Positions 1-10,700 of a DNA stretch of 64,000 bases are shown one piece after another. Positions within the stretch are counted from its first letter, which is position 1; each line of letters starts with the position of its first letter. The translations under genes were made by a program, and so were the position numbers. Source of the stretch: Gordius albopunctatus (Eukaryota); NCBI GenBank assembly GCA_964276515.1, contig OZ193909.1, forward strand, positions 14,260,001-14,324,000. The letters are read 5' to 3'. The notes below the pieces were generated by a model. That model made no database searches and was not told where the DNA came from. It saw nothing but the letters and a program-made list of their open reading frames with translations.

Positions 1-49
1 AAAGTATTTTTGTATATTTCTGGTCGTGAAAGATGCTATGATGATGATA

Positions 50-390
50 TCTATATATATAAAGTAAAGTCTATGTATGTATGTGTGTATGTATGTATAT
101 ATGTAAGGGCTAAATTCTGAAACTACCGGCCCGATTCGCGCGAAGATTTAACCGTAGATGCCCAAGGCGGCCAGGGGTAAAATAGCTTTTTCAGAATCCT
201 AAAATTCCTTTTAGTTTTAAAAATATCGGACATTTCGTTTTAAAAAAAGGCTAAATTATGAAACTACCTGCCCGATTCGCGCGAAAATTTAGCCGTAGAT
301 GACCAGCACGGCCAGGGGTAAAATAGCTTTTTCAGAATCCTAAAATTCCTTTTAGTTTTAAAAATATCGGACATTTCCTAGCCAGTTTAG
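50..390 (+). mobile_element. 5' end of non-autonomous Helitron-like element
   Basis: A|TCTATATATATAAAGTAAAGTC start, (GTAT)n microsatellite and two ~140-bp subrepeats; nearly the same sequence starts at 40634, where the element ends in a hairpin+CTAG|T. Confidence 0.6.
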
Positions 391-419
391 AGGAAAGTTA
401 GAATATAAGTAGAAATATG

Positions 420-3305
420 TATTAATTGCTATGCAATTTATGGGCTCGTTTTTTGTTGTCCGTCGTCCACCAAGTTATTTACACCAGCTTCCCGATTTGC
501 AGGTTGGGGATCGAGACCCGGAGAGGACAAAATTTTTTTATTTTTTTTTAAAATTAAATTAATATTTTGTTCTTGTTAATGCCATTGATAATATGACTTT
601 TTGACCGTACGCAAGCTACTCACCAATTAAAAAAATGACCATTGGCAAAATTTTTCGTTTTTGAATTGGGTAAAATTGATAATTACCCTATGCCCTCCCC
701 TACAAGGGCCTATGCCTCTATTGATATGGTTCCCTGTTCCCCTCCAAAGGCTTATGCCTCTATTTAACCCTCGAGAGTATTCCTCAAAAAAACTTACGCG
801 AGAGTATTCGTGGGGTATAACTCTACCCCACTTCTAAACTTCTTATAATTTTAAAAGTATTCTTTTAAAACCTTTAAAATTTTAATAATATGTTTATAAA
901 GGTGTTAAGATTGATGGTATAAATTTTGATATAAATCTGATCAATATTACAAAACTTATTAACAATTTTCTGGACCCCCATTTTTTTTTGGTTATTTTAG
1001 AGCTTCCCCTCATTTTACCTCTTGACATCATATACCTTAAAATAAATCAAAATAAACGTGATTTTTTAGTAAAAGAATGTTCAAAATGTATTAAAAACAT
1101 AAATTGTAAAAGATATGATCATACAAAAAAAAATACAGACATTTAAAAATTGGTTAAAATTTGGTCGTACAATTTTCACACATTATTTTCATATGACTAG
1201 AACAGATCAATTTTGAGCACTTGGAGCAAGATATTTTAGTTTTCTTATCTTGAATCCTTGGACAAATAGAACATAGACCTCTTTTTTGGGGGGGGGGGTT
1301 GGAAGATGTTTCCTCCTTAATATCCAGGATTTTTCTAAGAGAATCCTTAATATCTCTGGGCAGACGTAGATTATTTTTAAATCTAGATTCCATATAAGGT
1401 TTTGTCAATTCTTGTGCTAGTTCCTTGATATATTTACTTCTACTAATTTTCTTACCAATGTTATATTGATAGATGATCATGGAATTAATTGTTGCTATAT
1501 TTAACAAGGTGTAAAATATTGTAAGGGGTCATCTGTTTGACACCCTTGAAACATTGTAGGTTGAACTGAGTTGATCTACCACATCAACTCCCCCTTTAGT
1601 CATGTTGTAAAAGGAGATAATCTCTGGCTTTAGAGCATCCCCTGTTGCTGGATCAATTTTGCTATTATAATGTAGAGAGGATAATAATATGACTTGCTAA
1701 TATTTTTTTGGTATATAGGAAACCATGGTTAAATTCTCTTGAAAAACAAATCTGCTTGAAAATATAGGTTGCTTTCTTCTTTGGCAAAATTCTATAGGAA
1801 TTTGCCTTTTGTTTTTTTTCAAAGTGCCTACAGTTGTTAATGAATGGCTTGTAAACAAATGTTTAACTAATTCATAGCTGGTGAACCAATTGTCCATTGT
1901 CACATTTCTATTGGATTTGGAGATTGGCTTGATAAGCCTGCAGACTACATCAAAAGGCTTATAAATTAACTACCATATAGATATTTTTCCTGTGCCATTT
2001 CCTCATTACTAAAATCAATCTCTTCTTCAGTGTCTGTATCATGTTCACTAGTCAAAACAAAATCCTCTTCACTTGAAGTAATATTAAAATCATCTAGGTG
2101 ATGATAATGAATTATAATGTTATGTTATGTATACTATAAACATAATTTAAAACCAACTCTTACCTTCTGAGTTTGAAGTTGATGATTCTAAACAATCATA
2201 GTATACAGTATTCATGTTAACAGCTGATAAAAAAAGGATGTTTTATTCATAGGCCCTCATACACATCTCTAAAGATGTAGACCTATGTATGTATACTTCC
2301 GTTCTACAGTCATTTTCGAGCGGGATAACCATGCAAATAATTTTTTTTTATAATTATTTAATTTATATATATGTAAACTACAAAATAACAAAATTTTTTT
2401 TTTTTAAAAACAAAAAAAATTACACGAGAGTATTCGTGGGGTATAATCATACCCCACGAGTCTATATCTTAGAAATTATTAGGCCAAAACCTATGAAATT
2501 TTCACCTAACCTAGTTCTTGATAAAATATTAAGCTACTGAAAAGACCAAATTCATTAGACTTAAATTGCGTTTTATATTTTAATTTATAATTTGCGTGGC
2601 GTATGGAAATACCCCACGAATACTCTCGAGGGTTAATGTGGGTTTGAATCCCGGCGAACGTTCTAAATTGCTAGTTCGAGACCCGGAGAGGACAAAATTT
2701 TTATTTTTTTTAAAATTAAATTAATATATTGTTCTCGTTAATACCATTGATAATATGACTTTTTACCCTCGGCAGGCTATTGGCCAATTGAAAAAATGAC
2801 CCTTGGCCAAAATGTGAATAGGAATTTTTTTTGGTTTTTTTTTAATTAATATATTATTCTTGTTAATACCATTGATAATATGACTTTTTGGCCGTCCACT
2901 GGCTACTGACCAATGAAAAAATGACCATTTGCCAATATATATATTAATTGCTATCTAATTTTTATGATTGTTCCTGTTACTACCATTGCTATTATGACTT
3001 TTTGGCCGTCCGCTGGCTGCTGACCTATAGGAAAAATGATCATTGGCCAAATTGTGAATCGAAATTTTTTTACCGTTTTTTTTTGACTCTTATGATTGTT
3101 GCTGTTAATACCATTGATAATATGACTTTTTGGCAGTCCGCTGGCTGCTGACCAATGGAAAAAAATGACCATTGGCCAAAATGTGAATCGAAATTTTTTT
3201 ATTTTTTTTTGACTCGTATGTATTTATAGACCATCTCTGGGTACTGACCAATGGGAAAAAATGACCATTGGCCAATTTTCGTTTTTTTTTGACTCGTATG
3301 TATTT
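420..3305. repeat. Dispersed repeat family with 'AAAAATGACCATTGGCCAA' subrepeats (Helitron/Helentron-like), interrupted by piggyBac
   Basis: ~120-bp degenerate tandem units at 2740-3290; same units recur at 25230, 27100-27450 (inverted), 38310, 50080 and 56590-56920. Confidence 0.55.
768..2632 (-). mobile_element. Internally deleted piggyBac transposon
   Basis: TTAA at 764-767 and 2633-2636; 15-bp TIR CCCTCGAGAGTATTC/GAATACTCTCGAGGG; subterminal repeats at ~797 and ~2423; transposase remnants (MDNWFTS..VGTLKKNK at 1697-1903, YNMTKGGVDVVDQ near 1570-1610, Cys-rich C-terminus 1154-1507) broken by stops/frameshifts. Confidence 0.95.
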
Positions 3306-4511
3306 ATAGACCGTTGTAATGATCTGAAACGTCGACATTCCCCCCCCCCAGAGATGCATCAAGATTTTAAGGATTTGAAAGATTACGAAGCATCTACTAC
3401 AATTGCTTGGGTCACCAAAATGTTTTTAGACAAAAAATTTACGGTTCACCCAAAATTCGTTAATGATTTAGAGAAGTATTATGCTGCACAAACTTAATCC
3501 CTCAATTTCATAGAGGAAAATGTAGAGACAGCTAGAAATATCATAAATAAATGGGTTCTTGACCAAACAGCTTAATTGACCGTGTTTTATCTGCACCCAT
3601 ACCTAATAGTTTACACAGAATGCTATTACTAAACGTTTTTTACTTTAAAGCCAAATGGGAAGTTCTCTTTAAAAAATCTTTAACTATTTGGAATGACACC
3701 TTTCTCGCTGCTCAAACAAATATCATAGTCCGAGTACCATCTTATATCAGCTATTTTACCTATTTTTTATTTAATAGTAATTTAATAAATACATATTTCT
3801 CAATGTTAGGTACCTTTTCAAATTAAAAAAAAAATATTTGTTATCGCTAAATTAATTTTGATAGGTTATTTATTAACCCTAATTAATGCCCCCGAAAAAC
3901 ATACTCTCGAGAATCCTCTTTCCCAATAGCTACACTGAAATAAAAATAGATCGAAAAAACTCTCGAGTACCCCCTTTCCCCAATAACTTAATCTTACTTT
4001 AATTCCTCAACCTTGGAATTTAATGGGTTTTCTGAGGGAAACGGATAAATCGTATAGAGAGGATGACTTTGTAAATTTTTAAATACTCATTTATTTATTT
4101 CCAATACACCATCTACAAACTTAATCATTAACAATTAATACAGCGCGCATCATTTTAAATTTACAAAAGGTAATTATTAATTTAATTTCAATAAAATAAT
4201 TTGTAATTTAAACTTATTTAAGATTTCGAATCTTCTGGAAAGATAATCCTTTTACGCTATTTAGATTAAATTTGTTTAGCACTTCTAGCTTAAACTTAGT
4301 TTTTACTGTAAATTCACAAATAGCGACTAAATAAATTCTCTATATTTTTTCCCCTTAAATATCAAAGCCAAAACAAATATCACGCCAAAATAAAGTAAAT
4401 AAAAATTAAAGAAAAGCCTATTAAGTCCGAATACCCTTGAGGTGCCCGCCTGACCATATACAAGCTGTCGGCAAGGCTCGGGGTTTTTTATGAGTCAAGG
4501 ACGGCAATCGT
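3306..4511 (+). repeat. ~1.2-kb segment duplicated in inverted orientation at 25937-27085
   Basis: Reverse-complement match along the length, e.g. 4441-4511 versus 25937-26010. Confidence 0.92.
3353..3740 (+). pseudogene. Serpin gene fragment within a dispersed repeat
   Basis: KMFLDKKFTVHPKFVNDLEKYYAA*SLNF..ETARNIINKWVLDQT and MLLLNVFYFKAKWEVLF match the serpin core; stops and frameshifts; no N-terminus or reactive-centre loop. Confidence 0.8.
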
Positions 4512-4733
4512 TTCACTCTTAAATACACCTTAAACCTCTTCATCGTATATAATTTCTTAAATCATATTAATATGGTAAATGGGGAGAAATATTTCTACCT
4601 TTTATAACTGTTGAATATTCTTTGATATTTCAAACAAACGCAGAATTTTAATTCTATTACAATTTCGAAGGCGAAATAATTTAGGCAATTTGCATACCAG
4701 CTGGTAATTGGAATAATTTCAAAATTTTTCGCA

Positions 4734-7700
4734 ATGGAAGCAGAGGACGATGTGATCGATGCCGAACATGATGATTATGATGAGAGTGTTTACGAGCTAT
4801 TACAAAATTTTACTCCAAGTAAATAGATACCTATTTTGAAATTATATCTTTTTTTAATTATAGGGTGTTTTTGAAATCAATAATTAAATCTTCAAAGATA
4901 TTATACTTCATTAAACTATTATATATATATTTTTTGTATTATTAAACTTACAATTCAGCAATTTCACCAGAAAAAAGGATCAATTTGTACTTAAATATTT
5001 AAAAATAGGTTCTTCTTGTCTCAGCTTCAATATAATACCTGACAATTTGGGCGATAAAAGAACTGAATTTCCTTTTACGGGATATGTTGTTGCAGGAACA
5101 CAAGTTAGACATATTCATATAATATGTTTCTTAAATAAACTTTGTAAGGCTCCTCAATATAACAAAAACTCAGTTATGGTGATAAAGATGGATAATTTGC
5201 ATAAAACACAGAAGATACCAAAAAATGAATCTGAATCAGAAAGTGAAGATGAGGACATTGATGAGATAGAAAAGAAAACACCAAAATTTGAAGCTGCCTC
5301 TATTCACCATGAAGGAGGTGTCAATCGAATAAAGGTTTTAAATTTATACACTATTAAAATTTATAAAGCAATATACTTTTATTGTTATTTTGTGTTCTTA
5401 TGTTCTACACATATGTATGATTATATGGATGATATTAATGTACCAATCAAATATATTAATTATTTGAGCCTATAAAATTCTATTTAACAATAATTCATTT
5501 CTTAGGTTACTCAACTTGGTGAAAATTTGATAGCTGCCACGTGGTCAGAATCTAAGCGTGTTCATTTGTGGAATATCAACAAAGCTTTACATGCAGTGAA
5601 TGATTCCAGGTACATGCACAAGTATAAGAATGACAATCTGGAAAGAACAACAAAGCCCATACTTTCTTTTGGGGGCCATATGGAGGAAGGCTTTGCAATG
5701 GATTGGTCATCAGTAATTCCAGGTTTCTACATTGTTCAATTTATGTCTAAACTTTTATTTGATATACAATTTATGAATATATTGGCAGTTTACTATTTTT
5801 GTTTATTATTTTCCTTACCACTCTGTTTGATCATATGATGTGTTTCAGAATGTCATAAAATAAGTTGGTGATTGTTATGATTTAACTATTTCAGTAGGTT
5901 GATAAAATAGATCCTATAATATATCTGCAAAATGTCATTTTTACACATTTTTCAAGATAGAGTTTTTTTAAAAGCTTGGGGTTTCCATGAACCCATTAAG
6001 GTTAAATCCATCATTCTACTTTTTTATTTATAACCTACGACGGTCCCAAGTCCGTGTGCAAAAAGTGGAGGGTTGGCGTCAGGTCGGAAACCGGCTATAA
6101 AAATCAACTCCAAAATTTATGATAGTTTCAAACAAGATTTTACAAGAAAAGGCTAGGGCGTCCTCCACAAACGACGCGCACTGCATACCCGCCCGTGCAA
6201 GGTGAAAAATACACTAGGGTTACTGCCCAACTCACAACGAAGGCGGTTAAGGAAACTAGTTGTGGAAAGAATGCGAATTACGTGCTGGAATGTGGGAACG
6301 TTGACGGGGAAGAGCATCGAGATTGCACAGATGTTAAAAAAAAGAAAGGTACACATCGCCTGCCTACAAGAGACGAGGTGGAACGGAACGAAAGCTCGGG
6401 AATTAGGAGAAGGATACAAGCTTTTCTACAGTGGGTCATCAAATCGTAGAAACGGGGTCGGTATCGTTCTAAGTGAATCGTTCAAGGACAAGGTGTTGGA
6501 AGTAAAACGTTGTTCCAAGAGGCTAATGTGGGTGAAGATTGCAGATCAAGGGGGCCTCCTAACCGTTATGTGCGCGTATGCCCCCTAAATTGGATGTTTG
6601 GAATCAGAGAAAGACATATTCTTCGATTCATTGGAAAAGGAAATACAAGGAATAGGACAGGAAGAAAGGCTAATTATTGGGGCAGATTTCAACGCTCACG
6701 TAGGGAAAGATCGCCTCGGGTATGAACGCAATCATGGAGGCTATGGGCATGGTCTGAAGAACAAAGAAGGGGGAAAAATTCTCCAAGTATCCAAAGAATA
6801 TGACATGGCGGCGCGAAGATCATATTGTGACCTATAAAAGTGGGAAGCATTTTAGTCAAATTGACTATTTGCTTATACGGCGAAAGGACTTATGGAGTAT
6901 CAAGGATTGCAAAGTGATACCGGGAGAATAAATCAACAGGCAACATCGTCCCCTTGTTATGGATCTTGACAGAAGAGTATTTCCCGAAAGAAGAAAGTTC
7001 TATGAACCTCGAATTCGATACGAAAGGCTAAAGGATACGTCGACGAACAAAGAATACCATCAAAAAGCCTGCTCACTCTTGGGTGCAAGGAAGTTGCAAA
7101 GGGACGTAGACGACGATTGGGAGACGCTATCTAAGGACGTTAAGGAAACAGCGATTCGTGTTCTAGGACAGACCGAAGGAGGCAAAGCTATGAATAGGGA
7201 ACTATGGTGGTGGGATCAATCGGTTAAAGATTTAATCGAAAGAAAGAAAAATCTCTATAGACGGTGCCATAAATCAAAAAAGTCGGAGGATTATCAAGAG
7301 TACAGGTACGCAAATAGGGCCGCAAAAAAGGCCGTTGCAAAAGCGAAGAATGCCGCGTACACCGAGATGGCAAACAAACTGGATCATAAAGGGGGCGATA
7401 GGCTTATGTACAAATTGGCCAAGATAATGGAGAAGAAAAGTCGCGATGTCGGAGTTCTTAAAATAGTCAAAAAGGAGAAGGGTCAAACCTTATTCAAGCC
7501 GAAGGAAATGATGGAAATGATATTTTAAGAAATTTATGAATATTGCAAATGACAAGGACTCCCTTCCCGAAATTGAGCCAAATATAAGTATGGTCGAACT
7601 CTTTCAGAAGGATGAATTTAGGACACAAATGAAGAAGATGCAAAAAGGAAAAGCAAATGGCCCAGATGGAATACCTATGGAAGCATTGCTCGGATGTCGT

Positions 7701-10700
7701 GAAGAAGGAGTCAGCACCATGACGAACCTCCTTAACAAGATATTGGTAGAAGAGCAAATCCCTAATCAATGGAGAACAAGCACGATTATACCCTTATTCA
7801 AAGGCAAAGGAGACCCTCAGGACTGCGGCAATTACATAGGTATCAAGCTAACTTGCCACTCCTTGAAGCTTATGGAAAGGATCTTAGTAACAAGGCTGAA
7901 AAACGAGGTGGAAATATCGGCTAATCAATTCGGATTTGTGGCCGGCAAATCCACAATCGACCCAATCTTCGCCCTAAGACAAATGATGGATAAGTATGGT
8001 GAAAAGAGGAAAGACCTACATATGGTTTTTATCGACTCGGAGAAAGCTTATGACACGGTCCCCCGCGACTTAATATGGTGGTGACTGAGGAAACAAAATA
8101 TCCCTGACGCATATATACGGCTTATGAAAAATATTTATGAAGCCTCAAACTCTTGCGTTAGGACGACAGTTGGAGACTCTAAACCTTTTCGGGTTAATAT
8201 TGGATTACATCAAGGCTCTGCTTTAAGTCCCTTTTTATTTAATATAATTATAGACACGATAACGAGGGACTTTCAAAAGCCATCGCCATGGTGTATGCTA
8301 TATGCCGATGATATAGTACTATGCGAGGAAACAAGGGAGAAGGTATTCGAAGAAGCCGCAAAGTGGTCAAAGCGCTTAGCTGGATATGGTTTAAAGGTCA
8401 ACGATAGAAAAACGGTATACATGGAAATGAACGGTACAGGCACCCCATCGCTGGATGACCACCTAAAGTACCCAAAAAGTAGACAGGTTTACTTACCTCG
8501 GCTCGATGCTACATCAAGAGGGAGGTTGCGCAACTGAAATCAATGCCCGGATCCAAAAAGGATGGCTTAAATGGCGAAGTATATCCGGTGTTTTGTGTGA
8601 CAAGAAAATGCCAATATGGTTGAAGAGCAAAGCTTACAAATCCATCGTAAGACCGGTGTTTCTCTATGGAAGTGAAACATGGGCATTAAACATCAGGGAA
8701 GGAAAGCTTATAAAAGCCACAGAGATGAGAATGATACGGTGGAGCTTGGGGTATACTAAGCTTGACCATATGACGAATGACTTTTTCATGACAAAAATGG
8801 GTATTCAACCTATGGCGGACATGATTAACGAAAATCGGCTAAGATGGTATGGGCATATACTAAGAAGGGACACGGATGACGTAAATCAAAAAGTGCTAGA
8901 CATGGAAATACCGGGGAAGAGAGGAAGAGGACGACCCGTGTCACGTGGAAAGGGCAGTCGATAAAGTTATGAAAACTAAAGAGATTAGTCAAGACATGTT
9001 ACTAACCCGGTCAAGATGGAAGAGACTCATCAAAACAAACCCCACCAATGTGGGACCAAATAACAGATAAAGAAGAAGAAGAAGATTTATAAACCAATTT
9101 GTGAATAGAAAAAGCATCATTTTTTTGGTTTGTGATAAAAGAATTTAAATTCAATGTTTGGTTTTCCCTGGGGTATTTCCAAATTCTGGTTTTATCACCC
9201 TCTCAGATTTTTTGACGGTATAATTTTGTGCATTATCTTTTATAGTTCTTTGCCTGAAGATGGTATATATTAGAATATTCTTCTTCTTCTTCTTTATCAG
9301 TTATTTGGTCCCACATTGGTGGGGTTTGTTTTGATGAGTCTCTTCCATCTTGACCGGGTTAGTGTCATGTCTTGACGAATCTCTTTAGTTTCCATAACTT
9401 TATCGACTTGCTTTTTCCACGTGACACGGGGTCGTCCTCTTCCTCTCTTCCCCGGTATTTTCATGTCTAGTACTTTTCGATTTACGTCATCCGTGTTCCT
9501 TCTTAGTATATGCCCATACCACCTTAGCCGATTTTCGTTAATCATGTCCGCCATAGGTTGAATACCCATTTTTGTCATGAGAAATTCATTCGTCATATGG
9601 TCGAGCTTAGTATACCCCAAGCTCCACCGTATCATTCTCATCTCCGTGGCTTGTAATATCTTTCCTTCCATGGTGTTTAATGCCCGTGTTTCACTTCCAT
9701 AGATTAACACCGGTCTTACGATGGATTTGTAAGCTTTGCTCTTCAACCATATTGGCATTTTCTTGTCGCACATTACACCGGATATACTTCGCCATTTAAG
9801 CCATCCTTTTTGGATCCGGGCATTGATTTCAGTTGCGCAACCTCCCTCTTGATGTAGCATCGAGCCGAGGTAAGTAAACCTGTCTACTTTTTGGGTACTT
9901 TATGTGGTCATCCAGCGATGGGGTGCCTGTACCGTTCATTTCCATGTATACCGTTTTTCTATCGTTGACCTTTAAACCATATCCAGCTAAGCGCTTTGAC
10001 CACTTTGCGGCTTCTTCGAATACCTTCTCCCTTGTTTCCTCGCATAGTACTATATCATCGGCATATAGCATACACCATGGCGATGGCTTTTGAAAGTCCC
10101 TCGTTATCGTGTCTATAATTATATTAAATAAAAAGGGACTTAAAGCAGAGCCTTGATGTAATCCAATATTAACCCGAAAAGGTTTAGAGTCTCCAACTGT
10201 CGTCCTAACGCAAGAGTTTGAGGCTTCATAAATATTTTTCATAAGCCGTATATATGCGTCAGGGATATTTTGTTTCCTCAGTCACCACCATATTAAGTCG
10301 CGGGGGACCGTGTCATAAGCTTTCTCCGAGTCGATAAAAACCATATGTAGGTCTTTCCTCTTTTCACCATACTTATCCATCATTTGTCTTAGGGCGAAGA
10401 TTGGGTCGATTGTGGATTTGCCGGCCACAAATCCGAATTGATTAGCCGATATTTCCACCTCGTTTTTTAGCCTTGTTACTAAGATCCTTTCCATAAGCTT
10501 CAAGGAGTGGCAAGTTAGCTTGATACCTATGTAATTGCCGCAGTCCTGAGGGTCTCCTTTGCCTTTGAATAAGGGTATAATCGTGCTTGTTCTCCATTGA
10601 TTAGGGATTTGCTCTTCTACCAATATCTTGTTAAGGAGGTTCGTCATGGTGCTGACTCCTTCTTCACGACATCCGAGCAATGCTTCCATAGGTATTCCAT

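Noticed and set aside
2740..3300. Regularly spaced repeats resembling a CRISPR array (also 49165-49300)
   Set aside because: Whole units are degenerate copies with no unique spacers; no cas genes; eukaryotic context
4483..4511. Hammerhead-like TATGAGTC-AAG-GACG motif
   Set aside because: Core CUGANGA and GAAA are both mismatched and stems I/III cannot be formed
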